Below, one piece after another: positions 1-14,871 of a DNA stretch of 64,000 nt. Numbering within the stretch: the stretch's first letter is position 1; every line of letters starts with the position of its first letter. The translations under genes and the position numbers were made by a program. Origin of the DNA: Eledone cirrhosa (Eukaryota). The stretch lies in NCBI GenBank assembly GCA_964016885.1, contig OZ024750.1, positions 45,136,001 to 45,200,000 on the forward strand, in the 5' to 3' direction. The notes below the pieces were generated by a model, which was not told where the DNA came from, did no database searches, and saw only the letters and a program-made list of their open reading frames with translations.

Positions 1-3
1 ATA

Positions 4-46
<43 letters not shown>

Positions 47-156
47 GGATGTTTGTATGTGTTTTCATGGTGGTATGAGTGTGGGATATATATGTTTATG
101 TATAAGTATATGTATGTGTATGTATATATATGTGAGTCTATGTGTGTGTGTGTATA

Positions 157-203
<47 letters not shown>

Positions 204-969
204 ATGTGTGTATGTGTTGCGCGTGTGTGTGTCCGTATTTTTATCTTTTTATATGTGTATGTGTATGTTCGTGTAAATGTATGTGTGTGTAGGACAGTAT
301 AGGTATGTGTGTATGTATGTATGTGTAGATATCTCTATGTGCGCGTACATGTACGTATGTGTATGTATATCTGTATGCGTTTGTACATTATATTATGTAA
401 TATATTTTATTGTTTTTATTTTTTTATTTTTCATAATTTATAGATACATTTATATTAGGCTGTCTGGTCTGACAACCTAATACTGACCCCTCCCCCCCCT
501 CCCACCTAATTTCTGTATCTTGATCTTGAAATGTGTGTACCAGTGTGTTTATGTGAGTGACTTAATTTCTATTTGCTTATGATTTTATATCCACATATAT
601 AAATGTGAGTGGGGGGTGTGTGTGTGTTTGTGTGTTCGTGGTTATGTGTATATTTATATATATACGCACATGTATGTGTGATTATACTGATATGTGTGAG
701 TATGAAAAAAATATATTTATATGCTTGACTACATAAGTATCATTGCGTATCTTATCAGCGCATTAAGCTTACAGAGATATTAACCTTGAAATTTTTTATT
801 TGCATCCATCTTTTTAGTATGCACATACATATTATACACACATTATTGTAAAATGTGTGTAGGGTTTTACATGTATATACACACACCAAACTGTTTTTTA
901 ACCCTTTGTGTTTTCATTGGTCAATTTTGAACTGATATTTTGAATTGTTGTTATTATCAATAAATATAC

Positions 970-1124
970 TTCATTATTTCTGAAGACGGCGTATATATGA
1001 GTTAGGTATGTATATTTAATCTTGATAATTTGTATAATTTTGTATAATTTTGTACATAGATCTGTTAAATATGCATACCAATTATAGCACATATATGCCC
1101 TAGAAACGATCGTTAAATAGTGAA
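970..1124 (+). ncRNA. Hammerhead ribozyme with long stem II (family A element)
   Basis: TTCATTATTT-CTGAAGA-(~115-nt imperfect hairpin ggcgtatatatg...catatatgcc)-GAAA-CGATCG-TT-AAATAGTGAA. 10-bp stem I; helix III palindrome AACGATCGTT. Homologues at 45208-45360 and 50980-51121. Confidence 0.75.
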
Positions 1125-1169
1125 CTTTTTTTGTTTAATATAAGGAATTGTTTGTTCATTATTTGTTTA

Positions 1170-1215
<46 letters not shown>

Positions 1216-1254
1216 TATATATACATACACATACATCCAGATACACACACACAT

Positions 1255-1352
<98 letters not shown>

Positions 1353-1881
1353 CCCCACACATACATACACACACACATATATATATACATACACACATAC
1401 AAACATACACACACACACACACACACATATATATACACACATACACACACATATATATACACACACACACACACACATGCATATATATATATATATACAC
1501 ATACGCATACATCCAGATACCCACATACATACACACACACACACACACACGCACACACAATACATACATCCACATGCACACACATACTCACACACACACA
1601 CACACACATACATACACCCACACACAGAGAAATGGCCTTCAAATATATATATATATATATATACATACAGACACATATATTTTTTCCATAATATAAGAAG
1701 TTGGGGCAGTGAAATTAAAATAATTCTGTGTGCGCATATATATATAGATATACGTGTGTGCACGTGCAGGGTTTAACATGGATGTGTTGGTCACACAAAG
1801 GCATGGTCTGTCAATGAATAAACCTGATTCTACAGAATTGGTCTCTGGTCTTTAATAGTAGTGATTCCGTGCGTATGTGTG

Positions 1882-1935
<54 letters not shown>

Positions 1936-2004
1936 ATGTGTATATATATGTGTGTGTGTGTGTATGTGTGTATGTATATGTATGTGTGTGTGTATGTATG
2001 TGTG

Positions 2005-2055
<51 letters not shown>

Positions 2056-2330
2056 GTATGTGTATGTATGTGTGGATGAAGGTATGTGTGTGTATATTGC
2101 TTCCACCCCCTCACTGACCAGCAGCTGGCTATTGCTAAATCTGACCTTTATAAAATAACCCACACCCCAAATAACTTCTCATTCACTACCAGAAAGGGAC
2201 ACAGCAGTCAACCTGTTGTTGCTACCTAGATGAAAACTGCTATGAAATCCCACAATGAATTTTATACTTGAATTTTCAAGTCTCAAATTTTAACTCTTCG
2301 TATTATTAATTTTTCTTAATATTAATCAAC

Positions 2331-2375
2331 ATTTGAAAAGATGGCTTTTGCAGACCCATCGAAACCGGTCATTTT
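2331..2375 (+). ncRNA. Degenerate hammerhead motif (family E)
   Basis: TTGAAAAGA-TGG...CCATC-GAAA-CCGG-TC; 5' core damaged; homologous context at 17389-17433 (-). Confidence 0.4.
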
Positions 2376-2477
2376 TTATACCCTTTATTATTTCCTTACC
2401 TTATAAAATTATGTTTTTTCACAAAAAAGTATTCTGTCTCTTATATATTCCATGTGCCATTACCAACCTCAATTTTC

Positions 2478-2523
<46 letters not shown>

Positions 2524-2743
2524 CATATGTGCGTGTTGGTGTGTTTAGTTTGTTTTGATGTCAGATTTATTTGATTCGCTTCGTTAGTGGAATACAATGA
2601 AAATGAAGCTGTTTATTTGCTAAATAGAAGTGTTAAAGAATAATAAATGAACAACTGATGTTTTCTGCTGAAGATTGGTGAATCAGTAGATAAAACTGTT
2701 ACTGCATCGGACAAAATATATTATATTATTCAGGTGGATCTCT

Positions 2744-3010
2744 GCGGTGGATTGGCAGTATCGGTAGAGGGTCGGACGCCATGCTTTGTAGCATAGAGTT
2801 ACTGCTCTTTATGATCAGAGTTCAAATCACGCCGAGTTTCACTTTGCTTTTCATCCTTACGGAATCGATCAAATAAATTACCACTAATGTACAGGGATAA
2901 TTGCTGGCCTTGTAGAAACAATTATTTAGGTGGATTGGCAGTATCGGTGGAAGGTCGGATGACAGGATTTCCAGCACAGAGTTACGGCCGTTTATGATCT
3001 GAGTTCAATT
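2744..3010 (+). mobile_element. tRNA-derived SINE (family 1), one full and one partial copy
   Basis: A-box TGGCAGTATCGG and B-box GAGTTCAAATC; body ctttgcctttcatccttacgggg tcgataaaataaagtacc shared by ~30 copies in the window. Confidence 0.85.
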
Positions 3011-3422
3011 CTTTGCACACTATGTTCGACTGTGGCGTCTCTGCTACAGAATTTTATTGGGTTTCCTCTTACTCGTCTTAATTCACTGGTGTGTGTGATG
3101 GCGCCGATGTGAAAGGGACACCAACTGCATATGGGACTGGGGATTTCTCCCCCATCAAATGCATAAAGAAAGAAATAAAACAAAGAAAAGGAAAACAGAA
3201 TCCCGTCCGGATCTGAGACCTGGTCATGTTTGTATGAGATACATTCGATTTTTCCAGGAGATTATGAAACTACAGAATTATATCTGCCGTTGGTATATTG
3301 GCGCCTCCCTTAAACTGTGGAGGTTAAACACCCAGTAAAATCACGAATACATCTATAACTTAACATGAGAGAGAAACATCTATAAAATAGTCATAACCTC
3401 TGTACGTCAATATCATACAGTA

Positions 3423-3479
3423 TGTAAGGGTTACTGAAGATGAGTAATCGTCTTGAAATATGTATACAACTCTATTACA
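3423..3479 (+). ncRNA. Degenerate hammerhead motif
   Basis: AGGGTTA-CTGAAGA-TGAG...CTT-GAAA-TATG-TA...AACTCT; imperfect stems. Confidence 0.4.
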
Positions 3480-4038
3480 CGGATACTGATTTCGCTTAAA
3501 ATAATCAGAGCGTGAATATATGTACGTTTATTATGCATACATATACTCTATGTTGATTTATATACACCTTTATTGTGAATCACACTGTGTTAGTGCTACC
3601 AATAATTATCACTGATCCCCCAATCTTGTATATATGTGAATAAGCTACAACAAATTATTTACAAAACCTTCATAAGAAGATATTACCTCCTTCATCTCAG
3701 CATCAAGCAGTAACTTAACATTTACTGAATATGTATAATATCCTGCAATAGATGTATTCCATTTACACAAACATTGGTGTAATTATTTCTGTGGTTATTG
3801 TTTGTATATGCGTATGTGTGTACAAACGATATGAATCATTAACTGCTTAATGAACACAACCTCAAGAATATGGTCCGAACGTGGAAAAGCCGAACTCCCA
3901 CTGTCATCGCCTGGTGTAGTTGTGCTAGAAATGCATCGCAAAATACTCACAGTAAGTATATATATTTCTTTATTATACATAACCATATAGTGTATTGCTC
4001 CATATACCCTACATTATTGTAGGGTATATGGATCCAAA

Positions 4039-4230
4039 CGGTGGATTGGTAGTATCGGTAGAGAGTCGGACGCCATGCGTTGTAACATAAACTTACGCCC
4101 CTTTACGGTCTGACTTCAAATCCCACCGAGGTTAACTTTGCTTTTCATCATTGCGGGGTCGATAAAATAAAGTACCAGTATTGCACTGGCATAATTGCTG
4201 GCCTTTTGACAATAATAGAAACAATTATTG
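4039..4230 (+). mobile_element. tRNA-derived SINE (family 1)
   Basis: Full-length match to the other copies, ending ...ctggcc...agaaacaattatt. Confidence 0.85.
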
Positions 4231-5589
4231 TTAATACTTTTTATAAAGTTAACCTTACTCTATCATTGTTTACTATATTTCAGTGTCTTAAGCCATTGAA
4301 TAGAAAGTATTTACAAACAAAATAGTTTTGACCGTTGTAATAATCTTAGCCCTTTTAACTGAAGCTATTTTGAAACCTACTTACAAAGTACACAGATTTC
4401 AGCAATTACACAAATAATTGGCATACATATCCTATGAGGGTAACACTCAAGAATATATCATAATGTATGGGAGAATACTTCGAAACGTATGGCAGCTCAG
4501 TTTGCATCTTCAATTAAGTCATTTTCAGGAATACATAAAAACTGACAAAAGTTAGATATATGACAAAAACCATATATATGAACTATAGAGTCAGAGACAC
4601 TTTCCATCCAAATACTCAACCAACACACACACAAACACACAGAGACACAATCAACATACACACACATAGATATATATATGAGCAAAATTCACCCACACCA
4701 CACTATATAAAGAAAGAAAAAAGAAAAAAAAGCCATATTTCTGAAAAATCCACTACTTTCAAAATCAGATTCTATATTAAGGGTTGCACAATCTATGAAA
4801 CAATAACATTAATTAATTCCAAACTGGGTTTCTTTGAGCACAACCAGTTTTCTGTTTTCGAAAATAATGTGTATATCATTATGCCGGCACACACGTCCAT
4901 GTTTTGTAAATTTATCGAGCATTGATTAATGTGACTTCTGCAAAATATTAGCAAACTGTGGTACCTCTATATAGTCGTTTGATCAACAAGACATAGCAGC
5001 TAAATCTCTCTGAAATCACACATTCCATCTTAAGAGAATAAGGACATATTATATAAAATGGTTGTAGATAACCTATCACAGAATTACCAAAGTAGGAATG
5101 CTCGATCAGCGAAAATGTATGGCTATACAATGTATCATTAGAAAGGCATGAATGTCTCTACGCTGATAGTCTATTATTACATCGACATTTTATTACAAAT
5201 TACGTTTACTTTCGGTCGGGTAGGAGGAATATGTTATCATTCATGCAGTAAAACAAAAAATGAATAAATAAATAAATGAATAAATAAATAAATATAAATA
5301 ACTCAGCAACAAATACAAAATCAATAGTATGTAGATTTATTTCAGCTAAGTCACAATTGTCTTGCCAAGACAATGTAGATTTGATAATGCCGGCATCTTT
5401 AGCTTGCTGTGATATTAACGTCTTGACTTGAATCGTGGCTATATGTTTCATGACTGCAGGCAATTTCTACCTTCTACGTCATCGAATATTCCTTCATATA
5501 TATATGTATATATATATATATATGTATATATGTATATATATATATATATATATACATATATATATTTATATATATTGTTGATGTAATAG

Positions 5590-5900
5590 CAATAATGATT
5601 ATGGCGGTAGCAGTAGTGGGTGAGAGGGAGTAGTGGTAGTGGTAGTAGTAGCAGTAGTAGTATTAGTAGTAGTATTAGGAGTAGTAGTAGTAGTAGTAGT
5701 AGTAGTGTTTGTTGTTTGCTGTTGTTATTGTTCTAGCTGTTGTGGCTGATACAGCTCAATATAGATTATAAATGATAATGAAGTTGTTACTCTCGTTGTT
5801 ATTGTTGTATCTCTTGTTGTTGTTCCTGATGTTGTTATTGCTGTCCCTCTTGTTGTTGTTGCTGATGTTGTTGTTGTTGCTAAATATTATATTGTTTGTT
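5590..5900. repeat. (GTA)n/(GTT)n trinucleotide microsatellites
   Basis: Direct inspection. Confidence 0.9.
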
Positions 5901-6012
5901 TTTAATTTTACATTTAATTATTGTTTTCCAAATTTTGTATTGTTTTTCTGCAGTAACCACATAATATATACATACATATATATACATATAAATATACATA
6001 TATATATATACA

Positions 6013-6127
<115 letters not shown>

Positions 6128-6130
6128 TAA

Positions 6131-6200
<70 letters not shown>

Positions 6201-6202
6201 CA

Positions 6203-6235
<33 letters not shown>

Positions 6236-6415
6236 CGTATCCATACTTAGATATATACATACATAGATATATACATACATAGTTAGATACATGCGTTGAT
6301 ATATACATATACCAACATATTTACACAACCATAAGTAGATACAGAGATAAATACATGCTTATACATATACCTACGCAATTGCACTACACATATACATATC
6401 CATACTATAGCTAAG

Positions 6416-6480
<65 letters not shown>

Positions 6481-6824
6481 GTACATATAAATATATAGGA
6501 ACACACATACAGTTAGACTAATCATACAGACATACATCACCCATGCGAACACACATGCACACACACTTACACATATACGAACTACAACGACGCAGACATC
6601 ATCCACGCAATCACACACACATATATATATATATAGAGAGATATATATACACACACATACACACATGCAATACAAACTCAATTCTAGACACACAATATAT
6701 AAACACTTACATACTATACCACACATAAGCACATATTAACTGTACGGACAGAGACGCCTCTCAGGCAAATGCTCAACCAACACACACACAAACACATAAT
6801 CAACACACATATATATATATACAT

Positions 6825-6856
<32 letters not shown>

Positions 6857-6934
6857 GCATACACACATGTATATATACATATGAGCAAAATTCAGACACA
6901 CAACACAATACAAACACGCACGCAGATATATATG

Positions 6935-7000
<66 letters not shown>

Positions 7001-7087
7001 CAAAATTCATACATATTATATATATCCATATCTATATCTATATCGATCTATATATATCTATATATACATTATTTATATATATGTATA

Positions 7088-7119
<32 letters not shown>

Positions 7120-7520
7120 CATACATATATATAGATATGTGCAAAATTCACACACAACAATATAAACACCATAAAGAGACACAATATCTTAATAAACACA
7201 CATAACATTACACATACAAATACACGAATATGTCGCCTACGTAATTTATAGCTTCCGGCGTTTACAGTAAAATAATATAGTGGAGAAATTACATGATATA
7301 GAGTTATTCCCCATGTAGTGATGGTGATGGGGCGAATGATAATGGCGGTGTCCGCCATTGTTGTTGCTCATTTTATTAAATATTTTTAAAAGTATTTGCC
7401 AATCTAGTCACATATTTATGTAATCATTGATTTAGAATATTCCGTTGTGCTATTGCAAAAAAATTATATATATATATATATAAATAAACGTTTCACCGCT
7501 GCAACGTCTACATATAAACA

Positions 7521-7627
<107 letters not shown>

Positions 7628-7644
7628 TTATATATAAATACATA

Positions 7645-7742
<98 letters not shown>

Positions 7743-8000
7743 AATACATAAATATATATATATATATATATTTATGTTTGTATGTATGTATACACATTTC
7801 TGGGTATATTATTTTCCAAATGTAAGACACATTTGTAGGCAACCACCGTCGTCGCCAACACCACAATTAGTTGCACACTCTCACACATACCTCTGTGTTT
7901 ATAGTGTAGATATCTAATTAAAACTTCGTTAAGGGTACATCTCAACGTGTAGCCATTAATGGAACAAACATAAGTGTACAAATCCATCTATACTAATAGG

Positions 8001-8045
<45 letters not shown>

Positions 8046-8056
8046 TTATGCGTGTG

Positions 8057-8087
<31 letters not shown>

Positions 8088-8106
8088 GAATATATATGTG
8101 TGATTA

Positions 8107-8145
<39 letters not shown>

Positions 8146-8156
8146 GTGTGTAATTA

Positions 8157-8201
<45 letters not shown>

Positions 8202-8234
8202 GTGAATGTATATATATATATGTATATATATATC

Positions 8235-8265
<31 letters not shown>

Positions 8266-8330
8266 ATATGTATATATATATATGTATATATATATGCATA
8301 TGTCTCTGTGTGTTAGTATATGTGAGTATG

Positions 8331-8374
<44 letters not shown>

Positions 8375-8417
8375 CATATATATATATATATATATATTTA
8401 TACATATATATACATAC

Positions 8418-8450
<33 letters not shown>

Positions 8451-8927
8451 TAAACATATATATATATATATATACACACACATATATGTATACACATATA
8501 TATATAAGTTTATGTATGTAAATTATTAGACATAAATGTAAGTAGGAAGTTAGATATATATAATATATAGTTGCTGATAAGGAATCTGTTACGTATCTCC
8601 TTCTTCTCTGTTTAGAAGAAAACCAATTGTTAATCTAGTCAGATCATTAATAATCTTGAATTTTAAATATAAACATTTCCAATTTATGTAAATATTATCA
8701 ATCTGTATGTCTGCATGAATGTATGTATATATGTATATATATCTATACTGTGTATGTTTTTATGTGATTGTAACTATGTATTATGCACGCATATATATAT
8801 ATATGTATACTGAGTTTGTTTGTATGCGATTGCAACTATATATTTATGTCTGTATGTATATGTCTTTATTTGTATACTGTGTATGTTTCTATGTGATTGT
8901 AACTATGTATCTATGTATCTATGTATC

Positions 8928-9011
<84 letters not shown>

Positions 9012-9284
9012 CATAGATACATAGTTAAAATCACATATAAACACACACCATACTTACTATCATACACATCATACATACATATAAACATACACTCTATACA
9101 TACAGACGAGACGTACATTCTATACATCATGACACACAAATATACGTACATAGATTACATAGTTACAATCACTATAAACATAAATGGTATACATACACGG
9201 TATATATGCACAGTATTCATACACAGTATATATACACACATACAGTATACATACAAACATACACAGTATATATATATATATATA

Positions 9285-9357
9285 TACTCTACTATCATAA
9301 GTATTGTGTACTCTGGTGCGTTATGGTCCATCTTGTTCCTTACCACAACTTCTTCGT

Positions 9358-9360
<3 letters not shown>
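9285..9360 (+). mobile_element. Family B fragment (TA-flanked element tail)
   Basis: gtactctggtgcgttatggtccatc..gttccttaccac..ttcgtta, as in the copies at 10.7, 35.0, 46.0, 50.7, 57.3, 57.5 and 62.9 kb. Confidence 0.8.
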
Positions 9361-9389
<29 letters not shown>

Positions 9390-9409
9390 TATATATATAT
9401 ATTTATATA

Positions 9410-9737
9410 TTTTTTATCATTTATTTTGTTTTGACCTTTTTAGTTTGATTTGGTTTTTGGCTTGGGTGGTTAATGCCTTCTTGACCACCTTTTCAGTTTT
9501 GTATGGCTTCTTAACACATTGTTTAGCTCTGGTTATTCGAGGTTTGACTTTGCCTTTCATCCTTACTGGGTCGATAAAATAAAGTACCAGTAATGCACTG
9601 GGTATTTGCTGGCCTGGTGCCTAAAGTAGAAACAGCTATCAACTATAAAGCACTTTGCCAGTATCATTTCTGATTTTTGCGTTTCGCTTCGCTTTTCCTG
9701 CCCGCTGAAAATGCCATTCTCGCTGAATCTTTATTTG

Positions 9738-9740
<3 letters not shown>
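9410..9740 (+). mobile_element. Family C TA-flanked element interrupted by a 5'-truncated SINE (~9535-9640)
   Basis: Uninterrupted reverse-complement copy at 47643-47930. Confidence 0.8.
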
Positions 9741-9772
<32 letters not shown>

Positions 9773-10278
9773 AAATTTGTGTATGTTTGTATAAGGTTGT
9801 ATATATATATATATTTATATGTATCTATATTTGTGCATGTTTGTATAAGGTTGTATATATATGTATCTATTCTTGTGTATGTTTCTATTGGGTAGTCTAT
9901 ATTAATCTAGATTTGGTAAGACGTCGAATTATAAAGTATTTCGCACCCATGAAATAAAGCCCAGAATCTTTCTTTCTTAACTCTCCTCCTTTTATCATAT
10001 TCCCCCTCTCTCTTGCTTTTTGAAACAAAATGTTTATTCGATTGTTAATAATGATCAGAAATTCTGAATACCTAAATCCAGAGAGAACTCAATATTAGTT
10101 ACATATATGCAATAATAACTGCTGAAACATTAGTGTCTGCAGTTCGGTTTACATGCCAACACAAGAGCAAGAATGAAGGGTTCATTCTACTGACATGGCT
10201 TTAAAAATGAGGCTTGTTTGCATAATTGCAAACGAATCAAATGTTATTATTAATTATCAAAAAACTCAGATTACATTG

Positions 10279-10348
<70 letters not shown>

Positions 10349-10351
<3 letters not shown>

Positions 10352-10550
10352 AAATTAAGGTAATCAAAATTATGGGTGTCATGCCAGAAAGACATGCGCC
10401 ATATCACCCGCAAAATAAGCTCTAAGATTCTAACGAATAGGTCATTGCATTTTATAATAACTAGAAATTTATTTAGATACCTACCTAGCTATGTGTGCTT
10501 ATACACTTGTAAAAATTATCTCCTGTGATTATTCATGTTTATTTATATGT
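10349..10550 (+). repeat. Family D TA-flanked dispersed repeat
   Basis: gtcatg..agacatg..ccatatc..aataagctc.aagattc..gaatag matches the reverse complement at 53185-53350. Confidence 0.7.
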
Positions 10551-10565
10551 TAATTAATTTCTAAT

Positions 10566-10862
<297 letters not shown>

Positions 10863-10878
10863 ATATATATATATATAT

Positions 10879-10961
<83 letters not shown>

Positions 10962-11366
10962 TATATATAAAATTTGAGCCTATATATAACAGTGCATCTT
11001 TTGCTTGCTGTAAAGGCTACTACAACACATATTAACTACTATATAGTTAAATAAAATCGGGGACATAATCAGTTGCGACGGAAATATTGAACGGTATTTT
11101 ATTAGATGTGTACTCGTCTTAAGCGGCTAGATCTGTCATTTCCTTCAATATGCGGCTAAGAAGTGTTTTTGTAGTATTTACATAAAGGAACACATACTCT
11201 TAACTTTCGATCATTCTAGATGCTCTTTGAAGCTACCATTGTTTGCACACACACATACATACACACGCGCACAATCACACACATATGTATGTGTGTCTGT
11301 GTAAGTACGTGTGTGAGTGTATTTGCGTTTGTGCGTGTGTATGCATGTGTGTGTAAACAAGGGCGC

Positions 11367-11413
<47 letters not shown>

Positions 11414-11474
11414 TAGATAGATAGATAGATAGATAAATATATACATACACACACACACATGTATACATATAAAT

Positions 11475-11901
<427 letters not shown>

Positions 11902-12454
11902 ATCCTATATATATATATATATTAGGAAATATAAATCAGAGCTAAAACTGTCTAGCTTTGAGCTATGAAAGCTATAAAGGCTAAGAATGGTTATATCTGA
12001 TAAAATGGTTATATTAGATATTTGAGTAAGAAATAAGTTTTCTTGGCTTTTCAAATTCATCTCTTTTATTGTTCATCTGATAATCTTAGACAGATATTTC
12101 ATTGATTGAGAAATTAAAAACCAATATCGATTTATTGATTTGTGAAAGGTAGATAATGCTATAATACTTTTGATCTATTTTAAGCTGAGTCGTTCATTAC
12201 ATAGATTTCTCTTTCAACATGCCGCCATTTTCATTATGATCATCATCATCAGTATCAGATATATAATCATCATCACTTCTACCATAACCGGCATAGGCTT
12301 CATCGGATTTCTCATCGTCATCGTCATCATCGGCTTTATCATCGTCATCGTCATCATCGTTATTTTCATCAATATCATCTCCAACATGGTCGTTGACCCT
12401 GTCACGGTCATTATCATTGTCTTAATGTTGATATATTTTATTTATGGAATATAT

Positions 12455-12715
12455 CAGGCGTGTCAAAGATGTGACACGTGGGCCGCATGCGGCTCTTTAC
12501 TAGCACACCTGCGTCCCGCACAAAGGTTTTTTACTGCGCGAGCATGTTTTATCTTCGTAATATAACATTTTCAAAATGAGTTGTAATGCGCGCAAATAGT
12601 TGGCGTGTGTGACCCTCAGACAACACATATGTGACCCATGTGGCACTCGGGGACCCTCAGACAACACGTATGGGACCCATGTAGGCCTCCGGTGACCCAC
12701 AGTTTGACATGGCTG
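12455..12715. mobile_element. hAT (Charlie-like) MITE
   Basis: TIRs CAGGCGTGTCAAA / TTTGACATGGCTG; perfect 8-bp TSD GAATATAT (12447-12454, 12716-12723). Confidence 0.85.
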
Positions 12716-12955
12716 GAATATATCATGTGAACGCCGTATGATGGAAAGAGAAAAGAACATTGGATGAAGAAGAAACAATGGAGTGTAAAATAGGAAAATA
12801 TAATAAAGAAAAAAGAGAAAAAATACAGAAAAGAGAGGGAATGACAAGGATTCTAGCGTCACAGAAGAATGGGGAGTTTGAGGGGCAGCATAATTGGGCT
12901 CTTGGCCTAGAGCGTGGTGGTAGTAAAGGTGGTACGTTCCGCGGACAAGCCCGCC

Positions 12956-13030
12956 TGCAAAAGCATTCCCGCGGTCAATGGCCAGCGACACCCACTGAAA
13001 CAGCCACTCCACCTCGTGGGCCTCCTTCCT
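12956..13030 (-). pseudogene. C-terminal RLE tail of a CRE-like non-LTR retrotransposon
   Basis: Translates EAHEVEWLFQWVSLAIDRGNA, resembling the conserved LFQR(L/I)S(L/V)AIQRGNA end of RLE-type (CRE-clade) elements; truncated upstream by a SINE. Confidence 0.65.
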
Positions 13031-13039
13031 CAAAAGGGT

Positions 13040-13247
13040 GTTTCTACATTTGGCACAAGGCCAGCAATTTAAGCGAACGAGAAAGTCGATTATATCGACC
13101 CCAGTATCTTACTGGTACTACATTTTACCGACCCAGGAAGTATGAAACGGAAATTTGGCCTGAGCGCTACTTGAACTCAGATCTTTGAAAGACGTAACTA
13201 AATACAGCGAAACATTTTGTTTGTTGCTCTACCGACTTTGCCATTCC
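13040..13247 (-). mobile_element. tRNA-derived SINE (family 1, older long variant)
   Basis: Reverse-complement match including the central gtcgatt..atcgacccc segment. Confidence 0.75.
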
Positions 13248-13289
13248 AGTGACCATTAATGATTAAAATAAGGAATAAATTATATCCAA

Positions 13290-13482
13290 CACCATTATTA
13301 TTGATATTGTTGTTGTTGTTGTTGTTGGTATTATTATTATTGTTATCATCATCATGGTCATTATTGTTAGTAGTATCATCATCATCGTCATCATTTTTAT
13401 CGTCATCATCATCAACATCATAATCATCATCAACGCCATCATCATCATCACCATCATCATCAGCAGCAGCAGCAGCATAGTC

Positions 13483-13516
<34 letters not shown>

Positions 13517-14155
13517 TCATAATCATTATCATCATGATTATCATCATCATCATCACCATCACCACCATCACCACCATCACCATCATCACCATCAGCATCA
13601 CCATCATCATCATGATTATCATCATCACAATCACCATCACCACCATCATCATCACCACCATCACCACCACCAGCACCACCATCATCACCATCAGCATCAT
13701 CATCATCATAATCATCATCATCACCATCATCACCATCACCATGACCATCATCACCATCACCACCATCATCACCACCACCACCACCATCACCACCAACACC
13801 ACCACCATCATCACCATCAGCATCATCATCATCATACTCATCATCATCACCATCATCACCATCACCACCATCACCACCACCATCACCACCACCACCACCA
13901 CCATCACCACCAACACCACGACCATCATCACCATCAGCATCATCGTCATCATAATCATTATCATCATCATCAGCACCACCACCATCACCACCATCATCAT
14001 AATCACTATCATCATCATCACCATCACCACCATCACCACAACCATCATCACCACCACCACCAACATCACCATCATCATAATCATCATCATCATCATCATT
14101 ATCATCATCACCAACATCATCATCGTCATCATCTTTATCATCATCCAATCATCAC
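13290..14155. repeat. (ATC/ACC)n compound trinucleotide array
   Basis: Direct inspection; source of the poly-D/G, poly-M/V and poly-I/T ORFs. Confidence 0.9.
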
Positions 14156-14291
14156 CTGCCTAACATCCATTGAAATAACTATATGTTTGATACAGTGAAA
14201 TATAGAGAAATATAACAAATATAAAGGTATTATATACGAGGTTTGACCCACAACTAATTGCACACCTATATAGACAAAAAGACAAAAAGAC

Positions 14292-14406
14292 AAAATAAAA
14301 TAAAATAAAATAAAATAAAATAAAATAAAATAAAATATAGTATAATATAATATAATATAATATAATATAATATAATATAAAATAAAATAAAATAAAATAA
14401 AATAAA
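14292..14406. repeat. (TAAAA)n/(TATAA)n pentanucleotide repeat
   Basis: Direct inspection. Confidence 0.9.
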
Positions 14407-14807
14407 CTAATTATTATAGCTTAACAACATGTTTCATGATTGAATATTTTTTTCTTGTTAATTTTTTCCCTGATTTATTTTTAAACATTTTCCATTTTGA
14501 ACAATGTACTGTGGTTTCATTGCAAAAAGCGAAATTCTTTATTCAGAAATTAATTGGTTGGATAATTTGTTAGGAGTTTCGGTGCTAAAACTTATATATA
14601 CTCATAACACATATACACATATTCAAATATATACTCACACAGAAACACGTACTTATACACGAATAAAGGTACATGTGCTGTTACATAAGGTTTATATGTT
14701 TATATGTATACATCTCTCTTTCTTACTCTCTCTCTCTCTCTCTTTCTCTCTCTATATATATACATATAAATTATATATAAATATGTATATATGTGTATAT
14801 GTATGTG

Positions 14808-14860
<53 letters not shown>

Positions 14861-14871
<11 letters not shown>

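Noticed and set aside
13198-14163. 316-aa D/G-rich and overlapping ORFs
   Set aside because: Products of the (ATC/ACC)n array, open in several frames on both strands.
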